From positions 18,875,304-18,939,303 of the forward strand of contig NC_068990.1 in NCBI RefSeq assembly GCF_001194135.2: a stretch of DNA of 64,000 nt, written 5' to 3'. The notes under the pieces are model-generated. The model ran no database searches and was not told where the DNA came from. It saw nothing but the letters and a program-made list of their open reading frames with translations. This DNA comes from Octopus bimaculoides (lineage: Eukaryota). A program made the translations under genes and the position numbers. Of this stretch, positions 24,545 to 37,152 are shown piece after piece (the stretch's first letter is position 1; every line of letters starts with the position of its first letter).

Positions 24545-24880
24545 TACGTATATGTATATAAAGTAGTGAGGATTTAAAAAATCTTGGCAATTAATTTTGT
24601 AGCACTTTTACGCATTTCAAGCGAACGTGTAACTACGAACAAAAGAATGCATAAATATCCTAATAAATCAACTGGTAAATAATATAGCTGTCACTGAGAA
24701 GATAAACAGTTGTATAATGACCCTCGGTATCTTGTGCATGTATTTATATACCAATGAGATAATTGCAACAATTTACGCAGAAGATCCTATTATAAAGGAT
24801 CAAGAACGGGCAGTTAAAATGGAAGCTACACGCGTTTCAATAGCGTGATCAGATTTTTTAACATTGCGTAATAGTTCCTG
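24545..24880. mobile_element. Possible Penelope-like element terminal-repeat remnant
   Basis: The minus strand carries a decayed hammerhead-like core (CTGATCA...GAAACGCGTGTA, 24827-24852). The family assignment rests only on that motif. Confidence 0.3.
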
Positions 24881-25127
24881 ACATTACGTAAGCATATTTT
24901 CTGTCAGAGCCATTCCAATTAATTGGGCGTCATTTAGCTTGTTGGGAGGAAGATCAAATCGAATTGTGATGAACAATACATTTGCAGAGAAAATATATAT
25001 CGACTCGTTTCGAAAAACTGTATGATCTTCAAATAAGGGAAAGAGACAAACATACATATATGAACATATACTCATATATGTATGTATATATATACATATG
25101 ATGCCTATATATATATATATAAATGCT

Positions 25128-25345
25128 TGAGAACGCAAGGCGTAGTGGTTAGGTTGATGCATTCACAAGATGGTAGTTTCAGTTCTTAGACCGAGTGTTG
25201 CACTGTGATCTTGAGCAAAACCCTTCATCTCACCTGTTCAGACAACATAGATTTTGATGGAGAGAGTGAACTAACGTGCGGCACGAACAGTTGATCACTA
25301 TAAAGGAATTATCTGTGCAAGCCATTCGGCAAAAGCTAAACACAC
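25128..25345 (+). mobile_element. Diverged tRNA-derived SINE with CORE-like body and a further distinct tail
   Basis: GAACGCAAGGCGTAGTGGTTAGG head, TGTGATCTTGAGCAAAACCCTT body, tail CGTGCGGCACGAACAGTTGATCACTATAAA. Confidence 0.6.
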
Positions 25346-26358
25346 ATACGTAGTAATACGGAAGTAACGGACACAATGGAGCATTGACGATATATATAAT
25401 AAAGTACTCAACAGAAAACTAAGATTCAAAGGACAAAATTTGTAACCGTGAGTTCAATTCATTAATATGAGATTAAATATATATACATATATATATTTGT
25501 GTGGTACGTGTGCGGATGCGAGTGTCTAAATGTGTGTATACAGTATTAATAACTCGTCCACTCTATATACCTGAATCGATATTAGTCGTATTTATTTTCT
25601 GACGTTTATATTCCTTTCAAATTAGAACTTCAATGTACATACATCATGTGAGAATGTTACGCTGCGCTACTACATTTTGATATTCTAAATTGTAAGGAAG
25701 ACGTTAAGTTGATACGGCTTGATAGAATAAATAGTTTTGACAAAACGATAAAAACGATTCTGGTAAAAGAAGTTACTCCTAGAAAACGAAATAAAAATCC
25801 CATTACATCAGACCAGAGAAAAAAACTTCCTGACTAAGATGGGCGTATATTTTACGTCTGCAACATTTCAATTTCAGATTAGTAATTCTTTCAATGTTCT
25901 GTCCTTTATTAAGGAAATGTATACATACTCACAGATGTATATTTTGGAGTATATCGAAAGATTTTAGGCGTCACTATATTCTTACACTAAATGAATTTAC
26001 TAAGATACATAAGACAGTTGTACACGTCTGGCATATTTTTTTTTTTTTTACTACGGAACCTTAGCCTGATAAAGTGTGTCCGAATATACGGTGCTATTCC
26101 AACTATCATAATATAATATTATGCAATCGATTGCCGTGCATTAGCTACCACTGCAAAATTGCAGACAGCGTTGATAGGTTTTTAACTAATTCAGGTGTGC
26201 TATTTGACATGTTTCCGGCTGTTAGTTCTGTTTCATAAACTAATGAAGAGACGATCAAGTATACGAAAATTGTAGCCTGCTTTACTGTATGTCATTACAC
26301 GCGCACGCGCACACACACACACAGAAACGCAAACACTCACAACACATACATACGCGTT

Positions 26359-26515
26359 TGTTTCTTTCAGTTTCCGTTTAACAAATCCATTCACAAGTCT
26401 TTGGCCAGCCTGAAGCTATAGTAGAAGATACTTGCTCAATGTGCCATACAGAGGGACTGAACCCGGAACTATGTAGTTGAGGAGGATGATTCTTACCACG
26501 CAATCACACCTGTAC

Positions 26516-26516
<1 letters not shown>
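26359..26516 (-). mobile_element. CORE-like SINE family D head and core
   Basis: Minus strand GTGTGATTGCGTGGTAAGAA...CCGGGTTCAGTCCC...GGCACATTGAGCAAGTATCTTCTACTATAGC. Confidence 0.85.

Positions 26517-26517
<1 letters not shown>

Positions 26518-26548
<31 letters not shown>
26518..26548. repeat. (TAA)n microsatellite block 1
   Basis: Direct reading. Confidence 0.95.
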
Positions 26549-26777
26549 GTGTTCAGCATTCGGTAGTCTAAGAGAAACTTCTACTGTATCACCTACTACA
26601 CCTCAGCGTTGCTCGCGCGTGTGCAGCATTATTTGTTCTTTTCTGGTGTTGATAGGGTCTTGCATAAGATGTGAGCTGTTCCTAGCAGGGCTATCTTTGG
26701 ATAGTGTGTAGTGTTGAGGATCCTGGTGTAGCTTCTACATTTTTGTTCAGATGTCTTATTATGATGCCCAATGCTCC
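26549..26777 (-). mobile_element. R4/Dong-clade LINE, short 5'-truncated 3' end (element 1)
   Basis: Minus-strand translation GALGII..HLNKNVEATPG...IQKIALLGTAHILCKTLS...* (stop 26629-26631), then 3' UTR and (TAA)n tail. Confidence 0.8.
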
Positions 26778-26798
26778 ATTATTATTATTATTATTATT

Positions 26799-28166
26799 TT
26801 ATGTTTGACTTTTGTTTTGCATTTGTACAAGTTGGATCCAAGTCTCACCCAGAGACCTCAAGAGACAACAAGTTAGAAGTTCATGTAGGTGTTATGCCTA
26901 GGGTACCATATATTTGGATTTGTACAGTTTTGTTCAAGTGAATGTTTAAGAAACCATAAGAAAATTATGTTTGCTTTAAAATTTGAGATCACATAGACAG
27001 TATTTTACGTAGGATATGGGCAGTTCCCATGAGCACTATCTTTTGGACTTCAGCCATTTTGGGGTTTCCTGGTATCTGAGCTAGGTAGTAATCAGCCCGT
27101 TTCGCTGTCATTCCCAGGGCACCTATGACAATAGGTATTGTTTTCGTCTTCAGATTCCACATTTTGCTNNNNNNNNNNNNNNNNNNNNNNNNNNNNNNNN
27201 NNNNNNNNNNNNNNNNNNNNNNNNNNNNNNNNNNNNNNNNNNNNNNNNNNNNNNNNNNNNNNNNNNNNNNNNNNNNNNNNNNNNNNNNNNNNNNNNNNNN
27301 NNNNNNNNNNNNNNNNNNNNNNNNNNNNNNNNNNNNNNNNNNNNNNNNNNNNNNNNNNNNNNNNNNNNNNNNNNNNNNNNNNNNNNNNNNNNNNNNNNNN
27401 NNNNNNNNNNNNNNNNNNNNNNNNNNNNNNNNNNNNNNNNNNNNNNNNNNNNNNNNNNNNNNNNNNNNNNNNNNNNNNNNNNNNNNNNNNNNNNNNNNNN
27501 NNNNNNNNNNNNNNNNNNNNNNNNNNNNNNNNNNNNNNNNNNNNNNNNNNNNNNNNNNNNNNNNNNNNNNNNNNNNNNNNNNNNNNNNNNNNNNNNNNNN
27601 NNNNNNNNNNNNNNNNNNNNNNNNNNNNNNNNNNNNNNNNNNNNNNNNNNNNNNNNNNNNNNNNNNNNNNNNNNNNNNNNNNNNNNNNNNNNNNNNNNNN
27701 NNNNNNNNNNNNNNNNNNNNNNNNNNNNNNNNNNNNNNNNNNNNNNNNNNNNNNNNNNNNNNNNNNNNNNNNNNNNNNNNNNNNNNNNNNNNNNNNNNNN
27801 NNNNNNNNNNNNNNNNNNNNNNNNNNNNNNNNNNNNNNNNNNNNNNNNNNNNNNNNNNNNNNNNNNNNNNNNNNNNNNNNNNNNNNNNNNNNNNNNNNNN
27901 NNNNNNNNNNNNNNNNNNNNNNNNNNNNNNNNNNNNNNNNNNNNNNNNNNNNNNNNTGAGTAAGATGCTTTCTTGCTTTCATATTTTAAGACAAGTTTTA
28001 GCATCCAGTCCTCAGAGTTTTTCATATAGGTGTCTAGGCCAATTGTGGCTACCTTCATTGATAATGCCAGCTGTAGTAGTCCTCGACCTCCCTCTTTTCT
28101 TGGCAGATAAAGACGTTCTATATCTGCCTTAGGGTGGTGCATTCTATGCATTGTCAACAGTTTTCG
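26799..28166 (-). mobile_element. R4/Dong-clade LINE, 5'-truncated (element 2), with gap 27169-27956
   Basis: Translations RKLLTMHRMHHPKADIERLYLPRKEGGRGLLQL (post-RT thumb region) and SKMWNLKTKTIPIVIGALGMTAK...VQKIVLMGTAHILRKILSM* (REL endonuclease end, stop 26989-26991). Confidence 0.9.
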
Positions 28167-28168
28167 TA

Positions 28169-28170
<2 letters not shown>

Positions 28171-28249
<79 letters not shown>
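28171..28249. repeat. (TAA)n microsatellite block at the 5' junction of the Dong-like LINE
   Basis: Direct reading. Confidence 0.95.
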
Positions 28250-28251
<2 letters not shown>

Positions 28252-28331
28252 CTTAGAGCTTACTTGCTCCGGTTCATTCTGTAAGAGGGGACAGAAATTT
28301 GATGGCAAAGATCTCAACCAGTCCTTCCTTT

Positions 28332-28450
28332 GAAGACGCGTAGCTTAGTGATTAGGTTATTCAGCCCACGATCGTAAATACTGTGGTCGATTCATACGGC
28401 AATATCTTCTTCAAGGCCGTGCTCCAGTATGGCTGATGTCTAGTAAAATA
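28332..28450 (+). mobile_element. Diverged SINE head fused to a family-D-like tail
   Basis: GACGCGTAGCTTAGTGATTAGG...GGTCGATTC, then CCGTGCTCCAGTATGGCTG. Confidence 0.5.
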
Positions 28451-30064
28451 AAAATGTAAAATATAAAAATTAAAAGATAAACCTTTTCTGCGTGCGCACA
28501 TACACATGTATATATACATATTCATTTTTTTTCCCACAAGGTTTAGTACCTATTTGTCGTGTACAAGGAATTATGAAATACATATCATATAATGGAAATG
28601 GCAGGATCATTGCATTCTTCCAGGTATTCAAGTCTGCTGTATGATTTGTCAATCATGCGTTATTGAAAAATCTGGAAAAAATGTAAAACATGTCTCACCA
28701 GCAATTCCGTTCGTGATTTCTTACACATAGAAACACACACATGTAATATATACGTAAACATGATTCATTTAGAGAATTAATATAAATACATGTTCTATTT
28801 CTATTCCTAATATTTCATATATAATACATGTCGCGGTACAGATTTTTCTGTGGAAATAAGAACTTTGCTTCGGATCACTGTGATTTCAGGTCTCTTTATA
28901 GGGCCTGCCATTTTCGGCAACTCTATCTTCTAATGAAAAGCGTACCATAAAAAAAGTAAAGCATACGCCGCCCCAAAAAGGTACTATTATCTTTCCTGTC
29001 TCGAAAAATAACAACCACCAACTACCTCCCATTAGATTTTTCTATATGCTGGTTCATTTACAAACAGACTCTCCAATTAGCTACATGGACTAAAACCTTA
29101 ATATAATAAGATATTTCAATGTCATGATTAGTGAAACGCAAAACCAGTACAGTATCATAATATTCTATCCTTTAAAATGTATTAAATAAATTGTGTGCAT
29201 TTTCCTTTTTTAAATGTTTTCATTATACACGTATCGATACATACAAATATGTATAAATGCAAACACATACAGTCACACACACAAAGATTGTATACACATA
29301 GAGAATATCAATTCGTCACACATTTCCTTGCAGCAATCTATGGACGCTTGTATTGCTACATATTCAGTCAGATACAATGATACTCGTCTCGGTGAGGCCG
29401 AAAATATATTCGAGCACGTTTGATACAATTTTCAAGTATTACTTGAGCTAATATCTGCAAACTCACTAATTTATTTCGTTATATGAGGACTCATAAGTTA
29501 TTTTGAGTTCATATTAGTGAAAAATTGGTTGAATTAAATATCCAATCAGTGCAAATAATGCTACTATGGCGTTTGCAAATATGTCTATATTTATAGCTAA
29601 TTGGCGAGGATTTGTTTATGATTCAACAGATTTAATTCTATTTTCTACTGTTATTTAAAAACCATTAATTATATTATATTTGGGATAGATATGAGTGTCA
29701 ATATCAATCAAGGACAAAAAAGTAGAACGATGTATGGTGTGTTCTCTGTCGTGTTACGAATTACGATATCGCAATAGAGGAGATTATATTTTCATTGGAT
29801 CGATAACCTACAGTGATTGATATGTAGCAAAAGAGATAAATAGTTTGGGCGATATTGATCTTACCAACACTTAACTAGCTATTTCAAGCGGAACGGAATG
29901 TATTATATTTTACGAGTTAAAGTTTGGCCGTGTGTACGTGTGTAGGTAACGCCATGCAGTCCTGAGTATGTGTCTGTCAACAAAAATGAAATATAATACA
30001 CACAGAAACAGGTATACACATACACATATTTTCACAGCCTATACACTCCAATATATATAACACA

Positions 30065-30104
<40 letters not shown>

Positions 30105-30529
30105 GGACAGAGAGAGAAATTTATATACAAAAACAGCAGCCATGCAAGAAACAGATTAGATATTCCTAAGGTAGTAAAGTAGTGGCCTCGGTCCTGAATT
30201 TTACAATATGCCCACTTTAAAATATTTTTACAGAAAACGAATGGCACAAATGCTCTGTGACCAGTTAATTTAATTACAGGCATTGTTTTGTGAACCCTAT
30301 GTCATACACAAAATTCACGTTCCCATACACATATTATTTTAATTTAATTTTGATGCATTTGTTTTTATTTTTATTTTTACTAACACACGTGATGAAACCA
30401 TAAACAATAGAAAATTGCCCTATCAAACCAAACTAAATCTCCCCGCCATAATTTCCTACAAACCCATTCATTAGAAACGCATGTTTTGCACTTAATATCG
30501 TTTACACATGTTTGAGCACAAGTACTTAC

Positions 30530-30640
30530 CACATTCTCTTTCCAACATAATTATCAGTCTCAGTTCCATTGACCCAAAATAACATCTTGTCAACAGCTAA
30601 ATACATCCCCACCCGGAAAAATATTTCAGTAAAACACGAT
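30530..30640 (-). CDS. Candidate 111-nt internal exon (C-type-lectin-like motif); unconfirmed
   Basis: Acceptor CCGTTTTTCAG, donor TG|GTAAGT, single open frame xSCFTEIFFRVGMYLAVDKMLFWVNGTETDNYVGKRM(W), symmetric phase. An alternative Merlin-relic reading exists (see findings). Confidence 0.33.
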
Positions 30641-31117
30641 CTGAAAAACGGCGAGTGACTTCGAAATGACTACCGTCGATTTCCCTGTAGTTGTTAATAA
30701 ACACGTAATGAGTGTTCCTACAGTATTTTTAAATGTAATTTGATATTAAACAAGATATTCAGACATACCTATTTCTATAATACATTATAAATCAGTTTGA
30801 ATCTTGCTTGCTTGCAATGATATCCAGCTAAACTGAAACATAATAGGAAAATACTATGAATTAAATTTATCCTGAATAATATGAACAGAATGTTAGTATG
30901 AACGGAATGAAACAAATTTCGTGTAAATAGGAGCAGTAGTTATTCAGATATTCGGGGTTTGAGAATATTAATACCCCCAAAACGGTACATAATGGAAAAA
31001 TGCTCCGAATTTAACTTCATCCTGAACGGAAAGAAACTCTAAACTTTCGATGTTACATCTGTTGAAAGCATGCGAAATAACAAGGAAAAAAAATTCACGA
31101 AAGAAAACTCCGTTTCT

Positions 31118-31158
31118 GGGAAACTCAGAGTTTCCCGGTCACCGGTAGTCTGGTCTAG

Positions 31159-31159
<1 letters not shown>
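31118..31159 (+). mobile_element. Helitron-like 3' terminus (double palindrome + CTAG)
   Basis: GGGAAACTC-A-GAGTTTCCC (31118-31136) overlaps CCGGT-C-ACCGG (31135-31145), followed by a 9-nt spacer, CTAG (31155-31158) and T. Confidence 0.5.
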
Positions 31160-31196
<37 letters not shown>

Positions 31197-31201
<5 letters not shown>

Positions 31202-31322
31202 GGTGTCCACAAATTCTGGGTACATGGGATTAACACATACTTTAAGAAAGTATTATTTCTGATTTTTAATTGTTTGTTATGATTTTATCTAATCCATGTT
31301 GAAAATGTATGCTGATTTTCAA
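31197..31322 (+). mobile_element. Left end of a Tc1/mariner-type element (same family as the MITE at 49897), running into gap 31323-32088
   Basis: CACGGTGTCCACAAATTCTGGGTACATGGGATTAACACATACTTTAAGAAA matches 49897-49948. Inserted in (TA)n. Confidence 0.8.
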
Positions 31323-32088
31323 NNNNNNNNNNNNNNNNNNNNNNNNNNNNNNNNNNNNNNNNNNNNNNNNNNNNNNNNNNNNNNNNNNNNNNNNNNNNNN
31401 NNNNNNNNNNNNNNNNNNNNNNNNNNNNNNNNNNNNNNNNNNNNNNNNNNNNNNNNNNNNNNNNNNNNNNNNNNNNNNNNNNNNNNNNNNNNNNNNNNNN
31501 NNNNNNNNNNNNNNNNNNNNNNNNNNNNNNNNNNNNNNNNNNNNNNNNNNNNNNNNNNNNNNNNNNNNNNNNNNNNNNNNNNNNNNNNNNNNNNNNNNNN
31601 NNNNNNNNNNNNNNNNNNNNNNNNNNNNNNNNNNNNNNNNNNNNNNNNNNNNNNNNNNNNNNNNNNNNNNNNNNNNNNNNNNNNNNNNNNNNNNNNNNNN
31701 NNNNNNNNNNNNNNNNNNNNNNNNNNNNNNNNNNNNNNNNNNNNNNNNNNNNNNNNNNNNNNNNNNNNNNNNNNNNNNNNNNNNNNNNNNNNNNNNNNNN
31801 NNNNNNNNNNNNNNNNNNNNNNNNNNNNNNNNNNNNNNNNNNNNNNNNNNNNNNNNNNNNNNNNNNNNNNNNNNNNNNNNNNNNNNNNNNNNNNNNNNNN
31901 NNNNNNNNNNNNNNNNNNNNNNNNNNNNNNNNNNNNNNNNNNNNNNNNNNNNNNNNNNNNNNNNNNNNNNNNNNNNNNNNNNNNNNNNNNNNNNNNNNNN
32001 NNNNNNNNNNNNNNNNNNNNNNNNNNNNNNNNNNNNNNNNNNNNNNNNNNNNNNNNNNNNNNNNNNNNNNNNNNNNNNNNNNNNNNNN

Positions 32089-32119
<31 letters not shown>

Positions 32120-32276
32120 TATATGTGTTTGAATGTATATAGACGTATGTCCATATAATTATATTAATATATATATATATATTTATACACATATCTATCT
32201 ACGTATGTATTTATGTATGTGTGTATATAAATAGATATATGTGTGCGCACATATACATATACATACATTTACACGC

Positions 32277-32311
<35 letters not shown>

Positions 32312-33174
32312 TGTGCATGTAGATATAAATTAGTACAGATAGCTGCCGGCCATTTTACTGGATATTAGTGTGTCTATATATATTTAAACTTGTGACTGCA
32401 GCATTGTACCCATCCTCAATGTTGGACTTACGACTACAAAAAATTAAAAAAAAAAACAACAAAAACCAAACTAAAAGCAGAAGCTTAACGGTAACTGAAA
32501 AATCAATTTTTCCTATCTCCGTAATAGCCGAGGATAGCAACTGTTTTTACATATATATGAATATCTAAATAATATGATATTTGCATTACATTCTTCACTG
32601 ATCTTGTAGAAAGAAGAATTTAAACTACTTCAAAATAAAATAACAAGTATATTTTGTATGCCACCATAGTCTATAACTAACAACTGAACCAACAGAGATT
32701 AGTTTCTAATTTTACCAACTTAATATTTGTTTGATCAAACACATATCATGGCAATGCTGTGTTTCAACAACGTGGTGTACCCTGGTCGCAGTATAGTGTA
32801 ACGGAGGTAGTCTTTTTTAGCTAACTTTTTCGGGATTAGGATTTTGTACTAGAAGTTAGATTGAGAAGAAATACATTGAATATGCATATTAAAATATTTT
32901 TGGTGCTTGCACATTACAATGCTTTTAAACTTCCTAGTTACTTTTAGAGCCATTTACTGTCTTTTAGTTGTAATTTCTAGTAACTCCTTTACACCAATAG
33001 ATTTTAATCCTCTCTCCATTCGCAAATATGTATTACGAATTTATCATATATCAAATTATTTTCACAATTAATGTATAACTAAATTCTCCAACATGACATA
33101 CTTTCAGAAGTACAATTATATTAAAATCATGCAATACGTCTGTTCGCTCCACAAATTCTAGGAACAAATATGGG

Positions 33175-33417
33175 TGCGTGGATAAGAAATCCGTTTTGCA
33201 ACCAAGCTGTTTATGATTGAATCCGATGCTCGGTAACTTCAGCAACAAATTTCTACTAGAGACCCACAAGAACCATTACACTTTGTATGAATTTTATGAA
33301 CGGAAATCGTGTGGAAGCCCGCCATATATATATNNNNNNNNNNNNNNNNNNNNNNNNNNNNNNNNNNNNNNNNNNNNNNNNNNNNNNNNNNNNNNNNNNN
33401 NNNNNNNNNNNNNNNNN

Positions 33418-33456
<39 letters not shown>

Positions 33457-33650
33457 GTGTGTGTGTCATTGCATTTGTCTCAGAGCTGTTTGAAAACAGG
33501 CGTTACACTCTTGCCGTCCCTGTAACTTGGCGGTTCGGTAATTGTGTTTGAAAGAATAAGTTTCACACATTAACATAGTTACTGAGGTCAATTTGTTTCG
33601 ATTAAGCCATGCAGAGCGGCCACAGTCCAATGACTTATAGAAGATAAAAA
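33175..33650 (+). mobile_element. Diverged CORE-like SINE family D with internal (TA)n/(TG)n and gap 33334-33417
   Basis: GGAAGCCCGCCATATAT before the gap; CCCTGTAACTTGGCGGTTCGG and GCGGCCACAGTCCAATGACT after it. Confidence 0.75.
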
Positions 33651-35044
33651 CTGGAGAATATCAACAATAGCGATGAATAAGATGATTGATAAACCATCAT
33701 TTGACGAAAAAGGTATTCATGACTTGGTTGAACATACCACGATATTTTTAATGCAAATGTTTTTGGAAAGAAAAAGAGGAAAACCAAAGGAATTTCGATG
33801 CCGTTCACAACCTTAAAACTCATATTGATAAACGTTAAACGTGGGTGTTTATGATACAACCATCTCCTCTGATTTTCATTTCCTTTTCTCGTTATCGAAG
33901 GAATTTCACTTTTAAAACTACCGGATTTGAGCCTTCAGTAATAATAATAGATCAACAAGTATTATGATGTGTAGTTTTCATTTCATTTCAAAGTGATTTA
34001 CTGCACTCTATCACCAAAGATATATGATATCCTATATATATCCTTTGATACATTCAAGAATGATACCTGAGGTATAATATTATAAGATAAAACATTCATA
34101 TTACTAACTATACTTCAAAATATCTAATATTTATGGAATAAAGATATATATCTAGAAATTTTATAAATATATATCTGTAAATGATATATATTTAGAAAAT
34201 CTAGTATGTTCAAAAATAACTGCCCTGAGATAGATAGTTTTCATGCTGAGAAAGTTTTTATTTATCCTCCAGATTTAATTATTTTTAGATAAGAAATGCA
34301 TTACTAGGTAATAATCTCATGTTTTTCAAACAAGAAACGTACGTTGGTAGTAAATTATTTTTGCCTCATATTTAGACATCTTTTTTGATTTACTATTTTT
34401 TCAACATATTCATCTGCAACATTAGAAATTTGTTTATCAACCTTCAAAGAGCTATGGGATTCCTTTGTGAGGGCTGGAAGCTCCTAATGCAACAACCGAT
34501 AGGCTCCGAGTTTAAAGATTATACCAAAATCTGTACATGTGATATTTAAAAGTAATACGTAGCGTCATTATTAGTTACAAAAATGTAAACACCAACCATA
34601 TTTCAGATTTATGTTGATTTTCACAGTCCAGGTCATAAAAAATCCTGAAGTCAACTTGATGCAAAACACATAAGAAATCACCTCTTAAAAACGAATATAG
34701 ACGTGGACTTGCACAAAGATACAAACTTCCAATATTCTGAAATAATTTTTACGTATCCTGTATTGCTTTCAAATGTAGCACAAGCTGATACATCAAAAAT
34801 GCTGCTTTCGAATTCCCTCAAGTTTATCATACTATCATTCAGCCTCCTCTGTATTTCATTGTTTAGCTACTTATAACGGCGTTGTTAATGTCAAACTCTT
34901 CTACTACTTTTGGTGCTCCGGCAACGCCTCTAATGCTTACAACAGCAGGAATACAACTATAAACGCCATCATCACCGCCACCTCGGACACTACTACTACT
35001 ACTACGCGTTTCAATATGAACATATTTTATGAATACATTTTAAG

Positions 35045-35185
35045 AAAACGTGCTGGCAGCATTGTTAGCAAGACAGTCAAAACTGCTTAGCCGTATTTTT
35101 TCCCGGCTCCTTACTGTATTTAAATTTTTCCGAGACCAGCGTTTCATTTCATCTTTTTGGAATCAATAAAATTAAATATCAGCCA
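35045..35185 (+). mobile_element. Diverged SINE family A copy
   Basis: GCTGGCAGCATTGTTAGC...CTGCTTAGCCGTATTT...TTTCATCTTTTTGGAATCAATAAAATTAA. Confidence 0.55.
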
Positions 35186-36911
35186 TGAACTGTGGTCCTT
35201 GTTAAAACTAACCCTCTTTCCTCAAACTTGTTGGCTTTAATTATGAACCGTTATTTTCATTTACTATTTTACTTGTGGCCTTGTGGGATTGAACCTGAAA
35301 GTGCGTATTTGCGAAGTGAACTTCTGAACGATACAGATAATTCTGCATCTACTAATAATTATACCCCACCCTCAGCAACTCGGTGATTAGTGTAGACCAA
35401 TGACCGTTTGTCTACACTAAACACTGAGCCGCTGAGGTTTCGCTATAAAAGGTCAGGTTTCTTGTCGACGCCTCTATAGAGGTACACAAATATACAAGTA
35501 TTTATATTACAGTGTATGTATATTTGTGTGGAAGAGTGTATTAAAGAACATAATATTAGAACATTTGTCCATTTTCTTCCATTTTCTTAATATTAACCAT
35601 ATAACAATTCCTTACGTATATTTATTATCGGAAATTCACTTACACGCGCTATCCTTTGACAACTTGCTGCAAAAGGCATTCTTTAAAAAGAAAATCGATA
35701 TGTTTTATAGAATTTAATATAGTTCAATAACATAAACTAAAAATCAAAGTTCTAGATGTTAACGCATGTAGCTGGGAAGATAAACGTAGAAACTGTAAAT
35801 TTAATTTACTTTTCACATGCACCAATTTTAGCGGAAGAAAAATTTTCCATGTGGTTTTGAAGAACGCGAGTTACGATAGTATTGACATGATTCTTTGGCT
35901 TTTTTTTTTTTAACCGCCTACAGAATATTGTTTGATAATGGATATGCTTTAGGGCAAATATTAATGGAAAAGTGTGATACATATTTTTTTGTGAACGCTT
36001 TTTCTACGTATTGATTCAAATATTACTTCTGCTTGATATAATCATCACACACATCATTACGTTGGTTTTTACACGTTGTGGTTGTTGCTGATTGTGTATA
36101 GTCCCAGGTTAAATCTAATAGAAGGAACCTATGGTTGAAGATACTCCAAATGTGACCATCCCATCCTTTCATATACCAATAACTATATTGTCAATTCTAC
36201 CTTTACTTGTAAACGAACTAAATTGTATTTTGAAGGAGATCATTCGGATTTTATTTCTAACGTATGAAACAATCACATAGATCTTAGCAGAATGCTTCGT
36301 AATGTGATAAACATGGTTCCATGGTTACAGGATGAAATATTATACGATTTCAAATTTTATTTTGTGTACCGAGTTAATATTGTTTTCAACCGAAACAAAT
36401 ATATTCAGAGAAGAAAAGAAAAGACACATATATCTGCCCATCATGATATCCGTATACATGTTATCAAAAGTCCTCTGATAAATCCTTCTACCACGTACCT
36501 TCTCATATACGTACAATATTGCGCTGATGAACTCAGTCTCCAATGTATATGTAGCTGAGACCATGGTATCTTTGACATACCTTTCTTTTTTGCGCAGCTA
36601 ACTATATTTCGTTTTAGAGCTCTGTAACATAAAACAATAAAGACTTATCCCTGAAGGTCAATTTCAATTAGGCATTAAATCCTCGTGGAAATTCAATACT
36701 CAGTTCCAAATAAGTGCCATGTACGTAGGAACGAAATATGTATACTGGCGTGTATCTTCATTTCCTCTACATGTGTTCTGTATGTCATAACTAGTAACAC
36801 AGGAAGCTAAAGTTGTAGTCTAAGCACTGTACTAGAAGCTGACTGGATAATGATGCTTTACGTGGAGCTCTAACTCACGCAGTAGTAGTCCTGCAGCACA
36901 AAGGTTAAAAG

Positions 36912-37152
36912 GTCGAGTTCACAATCATGAGGTCGTGAGTTCGATTCCCGGACCAGGATGCGCGTTGTGTTCTTGTGATAAACTGTATTGGCCTTTGCCT
37001 CTCCCTTGGATAACATCGATAGTATGGAGAGAGGAGACTTGTATGGATGAGTGACTGCTAGTCTTCCATAAACAAATTTGCCCGGACTTGTGCCTCGCAG
37101 GGGAACTTCCTAGGTGCAATGCGAGGGTCATTCATGACCGAAGAGGTTCTTT
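36912..37152 (+). mobile_element. tRNA-derived SINE with family-C-type head and a different 3' module
   Basis: GAGGTCGTGAGTTCGATTCCCGGACC...GTTGTGTTCTTG, then CCCTTGGATAACATCG...GTCTTCCATAAAC...GGTCATTCATGACCGAAG. Confidence 0.75.
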
